Shown piece by piece: positions 1 to 8,716 of a DNA stretch of 64,000 bases. Positions within the stretch are counted from its first letter, which is position 1; each line of letters starts with the position of its first letter. The stretch is taken from positions 19,814 to 83,813 of the forward strand of contig JADZAY010000005.1 of NCBI GenBank assembly GCA_020852375.1, given 5' to 3'. This DNA comes from Candidatus Yanofskybacteria bacterium. Lineage in GTDB: Bacteria; Patescibacteriota; Minisyncoccia; 2-02-FULL-40-12; GWA2-44-9. Below the pieces are notes generated by a model. That model saw only the letters and a program-made list of their open reading frames with translations, was not told the origin of the DNA and ran no database searches. The position numbers were made by a program, and so were the translations under genes.

Positions 1-2
1 GC

Positions 3-596
3 CAGCTCATGCGTACCGATCCGCTCGGTCCGAAATACGTGGGTGATGTCCTTGCGGGGCAGACACTCATCTGGGTCGGCCCGACGTTCGGCTTCGGTTT
101 CTACCGTGCCGGACAAATGCAGGTCGGATTCGTGTTCGACGCACACGCACGGGGCATCAATGATGCCGTCCAACTTCCAAAGCTGAACGGTCATCTCGTC
201 GATACGACGTGCGCCTTCACTCGCGAGTATTGCTGGTTCTTGGCCTCCACCCACGCGGGCGGGGTCACCGCGAACCACTGTATGGTCATCAGCCGGCAGG
301 GAAGTCTCCTTGCGACGGCGTCGGCGCCTTCGGGTGACGACTCGTGGCTGGGCACTATTCGCGGTCACGCCGCGGTCGGGAATTCACTTCTGGCCGCGAC
401 CGACGAGGGCGTCGTCCGAGTTTCCCTGGACGGGGCTTCGATCTCAGTCGCACAAAAGTTCCCCGACACCGAGCCGTTCGTTCACGCGCACGTTCATCTG
501 TACGCAGTGAAGGACGGACTCTATGCAGTCGGAAAGCACGACGTTACCCTTCTGCGTATCCACGCAACTCAGCAGTCCCAAGGAGGAAAGTCATGA
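3..596 (+). CDS. C-terminal part of a hypothetical protein (runs off the window start), first visible gene of the nicotinamidase/vWA operon
   Basis: Frame is open from the window edge; stop overlaps the next start (ATGA at 593-596). Beta-rich sequence with no recognisable catalytic motif in the visible part. Confidence 0.65.
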   Translation, partial: QLMRTDPLGPKYVGDVLAGQTLIWVGPTFGFGFYRAGQMQVGFVFDAHARGINDAVQLPKLNGHLVDTTCAFTREYCWFLASTHAGGVTANHCMVISRQGSLLATASAPSGDDSWLGTIRGHAAVGNSLLAATDEGVVRVSLDGASISVAQKFPDTEPFVHAHVHLYAVKDGLYAVGKHDVTLLRIHATQQSQGGKS

Positions 597-1672
597 CGCG
601 CAGCACTCTGCCGATGCCGCCGTTCTTCGATCCGAAGAACGCGGAAAGCTGGACCTACGGTCCGAACCAAGGCGAGCTCCTGACGCTCGCGCCCACGTGG
701 GCGAAGCGTCACAGCATCAAGCCGTCGGCATCCGCTCGTCGCCGCATTCACGTGCTGGCGATCGACGACCAGAAGGACTTCAGTCGTCCCGAGGGGTCCC
801 TGTTCGTCGCCGGCCGCTCCGGTCGCGGTGCCATTGACGATGACGTCCGGTTCGCGCAGTTCGTCTACAGGAACCTGGGCCTCATCACGGACATGACGTT
901 CACGCTGGACACGCACTTCCCGTTCCAGATCTTCTTCCCCACCTTCTGGGTGGACGAGGCGGGAAACCAGTTGGCGGCGCACTCGCTCATCGTCCTCTCG
1001 GACGACGAGAAGTGCCTGGTGAACAAGGGGTTGGACGGGTCGGTGCTTCACGAGAGCGTGATGCCCAATCCGGCCATCACTCATCTGGCTACGGGTTCGG
1101 ACAACTACCCGTGGCTGGTGAACCAGTGTCTGTACTACGTTCGCGAGCTTGCCCGGGTGGGCAAGTACACCCTGTACCTGTGGCCGCTGCACTGCCTCAT
1201 GGGGTCCAGCGGGTACGACCTGACGGGCGTCATCCACGAGGCGAGCCTGTTCCACGCGCTGGTGCGTCAGACGCAGGCGCGACGTGAGGTGAAGGGTGGC
1301 AACCCGCTCACCGAGAACTACAGCATTTTCCGGCCCGAGGTTCTCGGCCGGTGGGATGGCAGGCCGCTGGCGCAGAAGAACACTCGGCTTGTACAGGCGC
1401 TCCTGGAAGCCGATGCGGTCGTCTTGGCCGGTCAGGCTGCCAGCCACTGCGTGAAGTCGTCCATCGAGGACTTTCTCACGGAGATCACCGGGCAGGACCC
1501 GTCGCTGGTCAGCAAGGTGTACATCCTAGAGGATTGCACCTCCTCTGTTGTGGTTCCGGGTGCGGACTTCACCCCGCAGGCTGAGGCTGCGCTGGAATCG
1601 TTCCGGCAGGCCGGCATGCACGTCGTGAAGTCCACGGATCCCATCGAGAGCTGGCCTGACATTCGGCTCTGA
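593..1672 (+). CDS. Nicotinamidase/isochorismatase-like cysteine hydrolase
   Basis: SD AGGAGG at 581-586; motifs IDDQKDF, TLDTH, WPLHC, AGQAASHCV, LEDCTS. Confidence 0.85.
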   Translation: MTRSTLPMPPFFDPKNAESWTYGPNQGELLTLAPTWAKRHSIKPSASARRRIHVLAIDDQKDFSRPEGSLFVAGRSGRGAIDDDVRFAQFVYRNLGLITDMTFTLDTHFPFQIFFPTFWVDEAGNQLAAHSLIVLSDDEKCLVNKGLDGSVLHESVMPNPAITHLATGSDNYPWLVNQCLYYVRELARVGKYTLYLWPLHCLMGSSGYDLTGVIHEASLFHALVRQTQARREVKGGNPLTENYSIFRPEVLGRWDGRPLAQKNTRLVQALLEADAVVLAGQAASHCVKSSIEDFLTEITGQDPSLVSKVYILEDCTSSVVVPGADFTPQAEAALESFRQAGMHVVKSTDPIESWPDIRL

Positions 1673-1748
1673 TTGTACGGCCGTCCGGCGGGGCACGTCG
1701 CCCCGCCGGACATCTTCCCCTCATCTCGTTTTCGAGAAGGAGAGTGTC

Positions 1749-2561
1749 ATGAGTAAGAGTTCGCCTGCCGTATCGCAGTTGTTCACGAGCGCGGTGCAGA
1801 ACGGGAACGTGTCCCAGCTTGCCGCGCAGGCGCTGAACATTCCTGATCTGGGAGCCCAGATCCAGGAAGGCCTGGGTGTCGCGCCCGATGATGTGCGCGC
1901 CCAGGAAGTTACGTTGGTGACCACATTGGTGGACGACTCTGGCAGCATCCGGTTCGCTGGCAACAGTCAGCTGGTGCGGGACGGTCACAACGGCATGGTG
2001 GCTGCTCTCAAGGGCAGCAAGCAGGCCGGTGGCGTCCTGATGCACACACGGTACCTCAACGGTACCGTGCTGTATCCGTACAGCCTTCTGGATCAGGTTC
2101 CCCAGATGGACAGCCACAACTACGACCCGAACGGTGGCACGCCGCTGTACGACCAGACGGCGCTCATCTTGGGGACCGTCCTGGCCAAGTACCAGGAGAT
2201 GGAGGAGGCGGGGACGGCCGCGCGGAGCGTGACCGTCATTGTGACCGACGGTATGGACGAGGGGTCGCGCGTTCACACTGCCGACAGCGTCCGCAAGGTC
2301 GTGAACGACATGCTGGCGCGTGAGCGGCACATCATCGGAGCCATTGGCATCCAGTACACTGACAGCCGCACGGGACAGGCCTTCGATTTTCGTGAGGTCT
2401 TCCGTGAGATGGGCCTGCAGGACCGCTGGATCCTGACTCCGGAGAACGATCACAGCGCCATCCGCCGCGCGTTCAACTTCATGTCACAGAGCGCAGTCCG
2501 GGCATCCCAGGGCGGCGCGCAGTTCAGCAAGACGGCCGCTGGCGGGTTCGTGACGCCGTAG
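1749..2561 (+). CDS. vWA-domain protein (TerY-like)
   Basis: MIDAS motif DDSGS, GGTPLYD, IVTDG; SD AAGGAG. Confidence 0.85.
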   Translation: MSKSSPAVSQLFTSAVQNGNVSQLAAQALNIPDLGAQIQEGLGVAPDDVRAQEVTLVTTLVDDSGSIRFAGNSQLVRDGHNGMVAALKGSKQAGGVLMHTRYLNGTVLYPYSLLDQVPQMDSHNYDPNGGTPLYDQTALILGTVLAKYQEMEEAGTAARSVTVIVTDGMDEGSRVHTADSVRKVVNDMLARERHIIGAIGIQYTDSRTGQAFDFREVFREMGLQDRWILTPENDHSAIRRAFNFMSQSAVRASQGGAQFSKTAAGGFVTP

Positions 2562-2618
2562 CGTTCGGGTAGTACAAGGCGAGTGCGCGCGCACTCGCCT
2601 TTTTTGTACAACAACAGA

Positions 2619-3308
2619 TTAGAAGAATTTCTTCAGCTGCGCGGGGGTGCGGCTGACGAATCGATACAAGCGCGCTGGGCGCTGCTTGCCGCCGCGCTCC
2701 ATGCCTCGGGTGGCGCGGATGAGTCCCAGCGAGAGATACTTCTTACGGAAGTTTCGTTTGTCCAGCGCATGACCGAGAATAATCTCGTAGACTCGCTGCA
2801 GGCGTGTGAGCGTGAATGTGGCGGGTATGAGCGAGTACACGATATTGGTATATTCAAGCTTTGCGCGCAGGCGAGCGACCGCAGTGCGGACGATGAGTTC
2901 ATGGTCGAACGCCAGGCGTGGGAGCCGCACAACCGGAACCCAATGGGGCTCCTGGGTGGTGGCGCTATTTCCCAAAGGCACTGCCGTATGCGGCACAAGC
3001 GTCATGTAGGCGACCGTAGGGAAGTCGCCGCGCGGATCGCGGCCGCGGGTATCGAACGTGTAGAGCTGCTCCATGTAGACTGGACGCGTGATGCCTGCCT
3101 TGGTGCGCAATACATGCTGCGCTGCTGCCTGCGTGGTCTCGTCCGCGCGCAAGAACGCACCCGGCAAAGACGCAACATGCGCGTACGGCTCCCACTGGCG
3201 ATTGATCAGAAGGACGCAGAGAGCGTCATCGATGATAGAAAAGAGAACGACATCAATACCCACCTGGGTGGTGTGGGGCTTGCGATGAGTTGGCGCACGG
3301 CGAGTCAT
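2619..3308 (-). CDS. nrtR: NrtR-family regulator (NUDIX + winged HTH)
   Basis: LPGAF, EQLYTF, RDPR, LAFDH, C-terminal LDKRNFRK...RPARLY; NrtR-type palindrome over its start. Confidence 0.9.
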   Translation of the reverse strand: MTRRAPTHRKPHTTQVGIDVVLFSIIDDALCVLLINRQWEPYAHVASLPGAFLRADETTQAAAQHVLRTKAGITRPVYMEQLYTFDTRGRDPRGDFPTVAYMTLVPHTAVPLGNSATTQEPHWVPVVRLPRLAFDHELIVRTAVARLRAKLEYTNIVYSLIPATFTLTRLQRVYEIILGHALDKRNFRKKYLSLGLIRATRGMERGGKQRPARLYRFVSRTPAQLKKFF

Positions 3309-3350
3309 AGTGTGATGTATACACTATATATCATCCTAATCAAAAAGTCA
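3307..3350 (-). promoter_or_regulatory. nrtR promoter (TTGACT-17-TATAGT) overlapped by a 21-bp NrtR-type operator ATAGTGT-N7-ACACTAT
   Basis: Perfect 7-bp inverted arms at 3307-3313 and 3321-3327; GT-N7-AC core typical of NrtR sites. Confidence 0.8.
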
Positions 3351-3407
3351 AGCAATACGGAGAGATCGCTTGCACCGCAAGGTCCGAGAGGGTAACCTGA
3401 GGGCAAT

Positions 3408-3731
3408 ATGTCCTCATCCATCACCAAGAACGCCATCGGGAACGCGGTCGCGACCGCGGCGTACGTCGTGCTCATTGCGCTGTTCTTCTCGCACGCCGAA
3501 CGCATCTTCGGCCCGGAGGATCCGAAGACCTTTTTGATTCCCACCGTGATGCTCCTCCTGCTGGTGCTCTCTGCCGCTATCACCGGCTTCCTGGTCTTCG
3601 GCCGCCCGGTCATGTGGTACATCGACGGGAGAAAGAAGGAAGCCATCATTCTACTAGGGCAAACTCTCGCCTCGCTTGCCGTCATTCTCCTCCTCGCCTT
3701 TACTGTGCTGTATGTGGTGGCAGTGAAGTAA
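3408..3731 (+). CDS. Small membrane protein (3 TM)
   Basis: 107-aa ORF with three hydrophobic segments. Confidence 0.75.
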   Translation: MSSSITKNAIGNAVATAAYVVLIALFFSHAERIFGPEDPKTFLIPTVMLLLLVLSAAITGFLVFGRPVMWYIDGRKKEAIILLGQTLASLAVILLLAFTVLYVVAVK

Positions 3732-3760
3732 GGGGGGATTCTTTCGAGGTGGAGTGACTG

Positions 3761-3961
3761 ATGGAGAAGAAAGTCGAGCGGGCGAAGCCTCGGCGGGCGG
3801 ATGTCGGGCCGAGGTTCGAGGATGTGGTCGCGCATGCGACGACGCCGAGCGGCGCGATCGATGCGGCGAAGCTGGAAGAGCTGGAAGGTCGCTTCGGTTT
3901 CAACGGCGGCAGGGGATGCGATGTCAGCAGCGGCCCCTGCTCCTGCGGGGCATGGCATTAG
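3761..3961 (+). CDS. 66-aa protein with a C-terminal Cys/His motif
   Basis: SD GAGGTGGAG; ends GCDVSSGPCSCGAWH; followed by a terminator. Confidence 0.65.
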   Translation: MEKKVERAKPRRADVGPRFEDVVAHATTPSGAIDAAKLEELEGRFGFNGGRGCDVSSGPCSCGAWH

Positions 3962-3969
3962 CGCTTCAC

Positions 3970-4060
3970 GGCGCCCTCTGGGGCGCCTTTCTTTTTTGGT
4001 ATCCGTCCAAAAGCGTCCCAAGCCAGTCGGCGAGGGATTACCGCGAATCGTTCGATGGGG
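3970..4060 (+). repeat. 91-bp intergenic direct repeat, copy 1 (terminator + conserved structured segment)
   Basis: 89/91 identical to 4522-4612. Confidence 0.95.
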
Positions 4061-4067
4061 CATCGAG

Positions 4068-4095
4068 TTGACTATCAATAAAATAAGAGTATAAT
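4068..4095 (+). promoter_or_regulatory. sigma70-type promoter TTGACT-16-TATAAT
   Basis: Near-consensus boxes in an AT-rich islet. Confidence 0.75.
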
Positions 4096-4134
4096 ATGAG
4101 TATCCTGCCGTTGTGTGGGATGAGGAGGTTGAAG

Positions 4135-4515
4135 GTGAAGCATCTGTATCGCGTCACATACCAGTGGGCGGGCATAGAAAGGGTGGCCGAGCTCGGAGCG
4201 GCGGATGTCCTACTCGATGGTGAGCCCAAGGACTGCGGAGATCTGGTTCGTGCCATTGTACAGCAAGCTCCGAATGGTGGGGAAATGAGGCTGATTTGCC
4301 CTCTCGGCTGGCAGAAGTATTCCGAGCCGGTGGGGGCTCCCGCAGGCAAGGCCAAGCAGGAGAAGAGCGTCGACCTCGGCGAGCTCAAGGACGAGACGAC
4401 GAAACTCCTCGCCCTGCTCGAGGATCCTCAGCCGGGGACGATGGCGTGGAACGACTTCATGCGGGATCGTCTGCAGAACCTGCACGCGCTCATCGCACCG
4501 GTCGTCAGTACGTAG
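4135..4515 (+). CDS. Hypothetical protein between the two direct repeats
   Basis: SD GAGGAGG at 4122-4128 before GTG; in frame with ORF 4096..4515. Confidence 0.65.
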   Translation: MKHLYRVTYQWAGIERVAELGAADVLLDGEPKDCGDLVRAIVQQAPNGGEMRLICPLGWQKYSEPVGAPAGKAKQEKSVDLGELKDETTKLLALLEDPQPGTMAWNDFMRDRLQNLHALIAPVVST

Positions 4516-4521
4516 TAGTTG

Positions 4522-4612
4522 GGCGCCCTCCGGGGCGCCTTTCTCTTTTGGTATCCGTCCAAAAGCGTCCCAAGCCAGTCGGCGAGGGATTACCGCGAAT
4601 CGTTCGATGGGG
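4522..4612 (+). repeat. 91-bp intergenic direct repeat, copy 2
   Basis: 89/91 identical to 3970-4060. Confidence 0.95.
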
Positions 4613-4665
4613 TGGGTTGCATCGACGGGCTGGTCTGCTAGGATTCCCGCCGGAGGTGCGGAGCG

Positions 4666-4995
4666 ATGCGGATGATCTGGATGGGCTTCTTTGTATACGA
4701 GCATTCTTGGTGTCCCACCGAGTATACGCTCGAACGGCTGTTCACTGTTGCGGATTCTCGGGAGCGGGCCGCCGAGATAATGGTGGGGTTCATTCGTGCG
4801 AAGCTCGGGCGTGATCCGCTCCGCGGGTTCAACGTATCCGAGCTCGTCGAGCCCTGGCTGGGGTTCCAGCGAACCAAGGCGTCCGAGCTGGCCAACACGC
4901 TGGCCATGTACGGGTTCACCTTCGTCGACCCAAGCCCTCGGCCGGTGGCGATGAAGTCGGTTCCCCAACGTGTCGAGGCGCTGATGGGGCGGTAG
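4666..4995 (+). CDS. Hypothetical protein
   Basis: SD GGAGGTG; promoter TTGCAT-16-TAGGAT; terminator hairpin at about 5003-5029. Confidence 0.65.
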   Translation: MRMIWMGFFVYEHSWCPTEYTLERLFTVADSRERAAEIMVGFIRAKLGRDPLRGFNVSELVEPWLGFQRTKASELANTLAMYGFTFVDPSPRPVAMKSVPQRVEALMGR

Positions 4996-5070
4996 TCGGT
5001 GTGCCGGACCTTCGCGGTCCGGCTTTTTTGTGCGCTTCTGTGGTGCGTTCGCATTTGGTATCATGCTGGT

Positions 5071-5544
5071 ATGCGGGCCATTCCAAAACTCATCATCGCG
5101 GTCGCGGTTTCGCAGCTGGCGGGCGGTGTCGGTTCGCTGTTCACCACCCCCGCGATCCCCGGGTGGTATGCCGGGCTCCTGAAGCCCGCGGTCGCTCCGC
5201 CGAATTGGGTGTTCGCTCCCGTGTGGACGACGCTCTTCCTGCTCATGGGTATTGCGGCATTCCTCGTGTGGCAGAAGGGGCTCGGACGGCGTGATGTGCG
5301 CATCGCGTTGGGCGTCTTCGTGGGGCAATTGGCGCTCAATACGCTCTGGTCGGTGCTCTTCTTCGGCCTCCGCGCGCCGGGTGCGGCATTCGTGGAGATC
5401 CTCATCCTCTGGCTCGGTATTGCTGCGACGATCGTCGCCTTCGCGAAGATCTCCCGACCGGCCGCATGGCTTTTGGTGCCGTACATTCTCTGGGTCAGTT
5501 TTGCCGCCTACCTCAACGCCGCTCTCTGGCTTCTCAACACATGA
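5071..5544 (+). CDS. tspO: TspO/MBR tryptophan-rich sensory protein
   Basis: WYAGLLKP..PPNWVFAPVWT, LNTLWS.LFF, LLVPYILWVSFAAYLN. Confidence 0.95.
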   Translation: MRAIPKLIIAVAVSQLAGGVGSLFTTPAIPGWYAGLLKPAVAPPNWVFAPVWTTLFLLMGIAAFLVWQKGLGRRDVRIALGVFVGQLALNTLWSVLFFGLRAPGAAFVEILILWLGIAATIVAFAKISRPAAWLLVPYILWVSFAAYLNAALWLLNT

Positions 5545-6053
5545 AACGCACAGTAACGGTACGCGACCGGATGCAGACGGGATATCGCTACGAACTGAGC
5601 GAACCCATAGGGAAGCATTTTGATCCGCGGTTCACCCCGGATCTGACGCCTAAGCAAATGCTCGCCATCGGTGTCTTCGGTGGCGTCTACATGCGCGACT
5701 GCGTGAAAGAGTTTCCGAAGGATTGGTTCACCAAAGCGAAGTTCCAGAAGAAGGGCACCTTTGCGCGCGATCCGAAGCTCAACCACTTCGGCGTGAATGC
5801 GAGTCAGCCGCTCGCGGTATGGCGGAAGAAGGGGTGGATTTACAAGGACGATCCGCGCGGGTGGTTCCAGTGGTACTGCCGGTACTACATGGGTCGTCGC
5901 TCTCCCGATGACGACCGTCAGATCAAGCGCTGGCGAGCGATCGCGCGGCATATCGCCCAGCTCAAAAAGCATTGCAGGAAAGGGGACTTCTCATGTCACC
6001 CTGTTCAGCGCCAGGCGATCCTCCACTGGGCCTACGACAGCAGAAAGATGTGA
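5541..6053 (+). CDS. Conserved-looking aromatic/basic hypothetical protein
   Basis: Start overlaps the tspO stop; motifs PDLTPKQML..GVFGG and DPRGWFQWYCRYYMGRR. Confidence 0.8.
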   Translation: MKRTVTVRDRMQTGYRYELSEPIGKHFDPRFTPDLTPKQMLAIGVFGGVYMRDCVKEFPKDWFTKAKFQKKGTFARDPKLNHFGVNASQPLAVWRKKGWIYKDDPRGWFQWYCRYYMGRRSPDDDRQIKRWRAIARHIAQLKKHCRKGDFSCHPVQRQAILHWAYDSRKM

Positions 6054-6175
6054 ACTCGCCGTGCTCGTATTCATCATCGGCATCGTTGTTGTGCTCGTCA
6101 TCGCCGCCTTGTGGTTCTTTGGGAATGATTGACAGCTGTTAAATATTCGGTATAATCTACGTCGGAGGTGCGACG

Positions 6176-6310
6176 ATGAACTCTGAGCGGCGATGGTGTG
6201 CGCAGTGTCGTTGTGTCGAAGTGCACGAGTACGTGATCCGCTACAACTTCGGTGACCAGCGCCTGGGCGTGGCCTGGGAGGGCTGGGTCTGCCGGGGGCG
6301 CCATTCGTGA
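6176..6310 (+). CDS. 44-aa putative Zn-ribbon protein (not in ORF track)
   Basis: TTGACA-16-TATAAT at 6129-6156; SD GGAGGTG; MNSERRWCAQCRC...WVCRGRHS; TGA overlaps the next ATG. Confidence 0.65.
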   Translation: MNSERRWCAQCRCVEVHEYVIRYNFGDQRLGVAWEGWVCRGRHS

Positions 6311-6816
6311 TGCCGCAGGCGCTCATGAGCGGCGGCGCTCTCGATGTCGTGATCCGTGAGGCAGAGCGATCAGAATGGGCGGCGATCAGTGAGGTTACGG
6401 TCCGAGCGTTCAACGAGCCCACCGGTCCCGATCCGCATGCAGGGTCGTACCGTGAAGTTGCCGGCGGCATCGAGTGGCTGATGCGTCTGGGGTATGACCG
6501 GCACGCCATCGTCGCGGTGTTCGGTGGTTCGGTCATCGGTGGTGTGCTCTGGGAGCGGTGGCCGCCTTGTGCTGATGCCGTCGCACTCTTCCGGCTCGGG
6601 GTGCTTCCCGAGTATCGGAATCGTGGCATCGGGGCTCTTCTCGTGGGTGCCGTAGAGCGTGCTGCGCAGGTGCACGGGTATACCGCTGTCGTCCTGAAGG
6701 CGATGCTGGAGAAGGGCCTTCCGGAGTACTACGCCCGGCTTGGCTTCACTGTGTTCGAGACGCGAGCGGGTGCTGGTGGGCACGAGATCACCATGCTCAA
6801 GCGCCTCGTGCCGTAG
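6310..6816 (+). CDS. GNAT-family N-acetyltransferase
   Basis: LGVLPEYRNRGIG motif A; YYARLGF. Confidence 0.9.
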   Translation: MPQALMSGGALDVVIREAERSEWAAISEVTVRAFNEPTGPDPHAGSYREVAGGIEWLMRLGYDRHAIVAVFGGSVIGGVLWERWPPCADAVALFRLGVLPEYRNRGIGALLVGAVERAAQVHGYTAVVLKAMLEKGLPEYYARLGFTVFETRAGAGGHEITMLKRLVP

Positions 6817-6882
6817 TCTCCAGCAGAAATCGGGAATTGACATTTCCCGATTTTTTTATACTATTTTCTGCGGAGGTGAAGC

Positions 6883-7116
6883 ATGAGTGATTGTCCGCGG
6901 TTCACGGTCGGACAGAAGGTCCGCCTGCTGGACTCGCCGTTCCTGCGACGGACGATCGGGCATCTTGCCTGGGCGCAGCTTGCGCTCCAGCGGAAGACCG
7001 TGTTCACGGTCGTCCGTGAGCAAGCGATCTACGGCGAGCCGTTCGTGAGTGTGCGCGGCGAGGGCATCCCCTCGCATACCCCGCTCAATGCACACCTGTT
7101 CCAGCTCGCAGAGTAG
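6883..7116 (+). CDS. Small hypothetical protein (SH3/KOW-like start RFTVGQKVR)
   Basis: SD GGAGGTG and upstream TTGACA promoter. Confidence 0.6.
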   Translation: MSDCPRFTVGQKVRLLDSPFLRRTIGHLAWAQLALQRKTVFTVVREQAIYGEPFVSVRGEGIPSHTPLNAHLFQLAE

Positions 7117-7126
7117 GAGGAGAGCG

Positions 7127-7381
7127 ATGGCAATCATGAAGGAAGACATTTCGTCGACGCTCGATCGCCTTCAGCGGAATCAGCTGGAGCGCGTCGAGCA
7201 GCACATCGACGAGATTCTCGCTGAGCAATACGTTGGGAAGCCGCTTGTCATCGAGTTCAGCAGATGGAGCTGCATACACAGCGCGGTATGGGCTGCCCTC
7301 GAGCGGCGATACCGGCGTGCCGGCTGGGCGGTTACTCTCATCGGAAAGAAGCGGAAGTACAACGCGATCGAGCTCGGTTAG
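7127..7381 (+). CDS. Small hypothetical protein
   Basis: SD GGAGG; terminator hairpin with T-run downstream. Confidence 0.6.
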   Translation: MAIMKEDISSTLDRLQRNQLERVEQHIDEILAEQYVGKPLVIEFSRWSCIHSAVWAALERRYRRAGWAVTLIGKKRKYNAIELG

Positions 7382-7446
7382 CTCTCCACACCCGCATCCG
7401 CGGGTGTTTTTGTATGAAAACGGCGACCACGAGGGTCGCCGGAGGG

Positions 7447-7728
7447 TTAGTCCTTCACTGCCTGCGCCTCTTCCTGCTGTTTGATCGGGCACCACGCGGG
7501 AGAGGTGGCCTCCTTGCGGAGGTTGTAGGGCCGGATTGCGCACATCACGACGCGGTGCGGGGAGCGCTCGGACAGGAAGCGAGACCGCGGCTTCTTCTTC
7601 GGGTTGGGAGTGAGCGTGCAGACGATGGCTTTGTCGTCATCGCAGAACCAATCGTCAGGGTCGGGATCGCGGACGACCTCGTGGTGAGGGCAGTTCATGC
7701 AGTTCTTCGGCGCTTTTGACTTCGCCAT
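7447..7728 (-). CDS. Cys-rich hypothetical protein (CMNCPHH...WCP)
   Basis: SD AAGGAG; upstream TTGACT...TATAAT promoter. Confidence 0.7.
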   Translation of the reverse strand: MAKSKAPKNCMNCPHHEVVRDPDPDDWFCDDDKAIVCTLTPNPKKKPRSRFLSERSPHRVVMCAIRPYNLRKEATSPAWCPIKQQEEAQAVKD

Positions 7729-7821
7729 GGCGACTCCTTTCGGTGTGCTAGGAATTATATACAACAAATCGTTGTATTAGTCAACGCCATCGGGTGCGGC
7801 GAGGGCGTGGTATACTGCGAT

Positions 7822-8379
7822 ATGGCAAAGCGACAGGCAGTATCGGTGGTGCGAGACTTTGCGACAATCGCACTGAGCATTTTGGTTGCGATCCTCTTGG
7901 TTCGTACGCATGCGTTGGCGGATATTCTCACGGCGACGAAGCAGATCGAGGTGATTGGCAGTTTTGTTGCCGGCATATTCTTTACGTCGGTGTTCACGGT
8001 TGCGCCGGCGGTGGTGGTGTTGGGTGAGCTGGCGCGTAGCAACTCGCTCATACTGGTGGCGGTTGCTGGCGGTCTAGGTGCGGTTGTTGGCGACCTCATC
8101 ATTTTCCGATTCGTTCGCGATCGGCTCTCTGGGCACGTGCTCGAATTGCTCCAGCAGCATGGGGTGGGGAAGCGGATGCGCGCGTTGTTCCGGCTCAACT
8201 ATTTCCGCTGGTTCACATTCTTACTTGGCGGGCTCATCATCGCATCGCCGCTTCCCGACGAGCTCGGCGTGAGTTTGCTCGGTTTCACCCGGATGCGCCT
8301 TCCCGTCTTTATTCCACTTTCTTTCACCTTCAACGCGGTCGGTATCTTTCTGATCGGGTCATTGGCTCGCGCGCTCTAG
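7822..8379 (+). CDS. Membrane protein, DedA/VTT-like
   Basis: GGLGAVVGDLIIFRF, SPLPDELG; TATACT just upstream of the ATG. Confidence 0.75.
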   Translation: MAKRQAVSVVRDFATIALSILVAILLVRTHALADILTATKQIEVIGSFVAGIFFTSVFTVAPAVVVLGELARSNSLILVAVAGGLGAVVGDLIIFRFVRDRLSGHVLELLQQHGVGKRMRALFRLNYFRWFTFLLGGLIIASPLPDELGVSLLGFTRMRLPVFIPLSFTFNAVGIFLIGSLARAL

Positions 8380-8440
8380 CATCTTGACGCGTCTCAGGCG
8401 GGGAGCGCATGATGTTTCCAGTTCATGTGGGAGGTGGAGT

Positions 8441-8638
8441 GTGGCGAAGCGCGCAGTGCGACAGACCGCCGGCATCATTATGCTGGCGTGGAGTCCGGCC
8501 GTTTTCTTTCTCGTGGTCGGGCTGGCGGAATCCCTTCGTAGTCCGTGGCAGTATGTTGTCGCCACGTTCGGATTGTTTGTTTGGCTCGGTGTCGGAACGT
8601 ACCTTGCCGAGTCCATAAAGCGCCCGCCTGCCCGATAG
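8441..8638 (+). CDS. Small 2-TM protein
   Basis: SD GGAGGTG before GTG; two hydrophobic stretches; terminator follows. Confidence 0.55.
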   Translation: MAKRAVRQTAGIIMLAWSPAVFFLVVGLAESLRSPWQYVVATFGLFVWLGVGTYLAESIKRPPAR

Positions 8639-8716
8639 CCGGATCGCCGCCCCTTTCCTGGGCGGTTTTATTTGACAAAGCGAAAGTTAAGTTCATAATC
8701 ATTCCTGGAGGTGGGT

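Noticed and set aside
344-592. N-terminal extension of the 442-aa ORF
   Set aside because: Overlaps the upstream gene; the SD and ATGA coupling place the real start at 593.
3970-4612. CRISPR array or integron attC interpretation of the direct repeat
   Set aside because: Only two 91-bp copies separated by a gene; no cas or intI gene, and no RYYYAAC/GTTRRRY ends.
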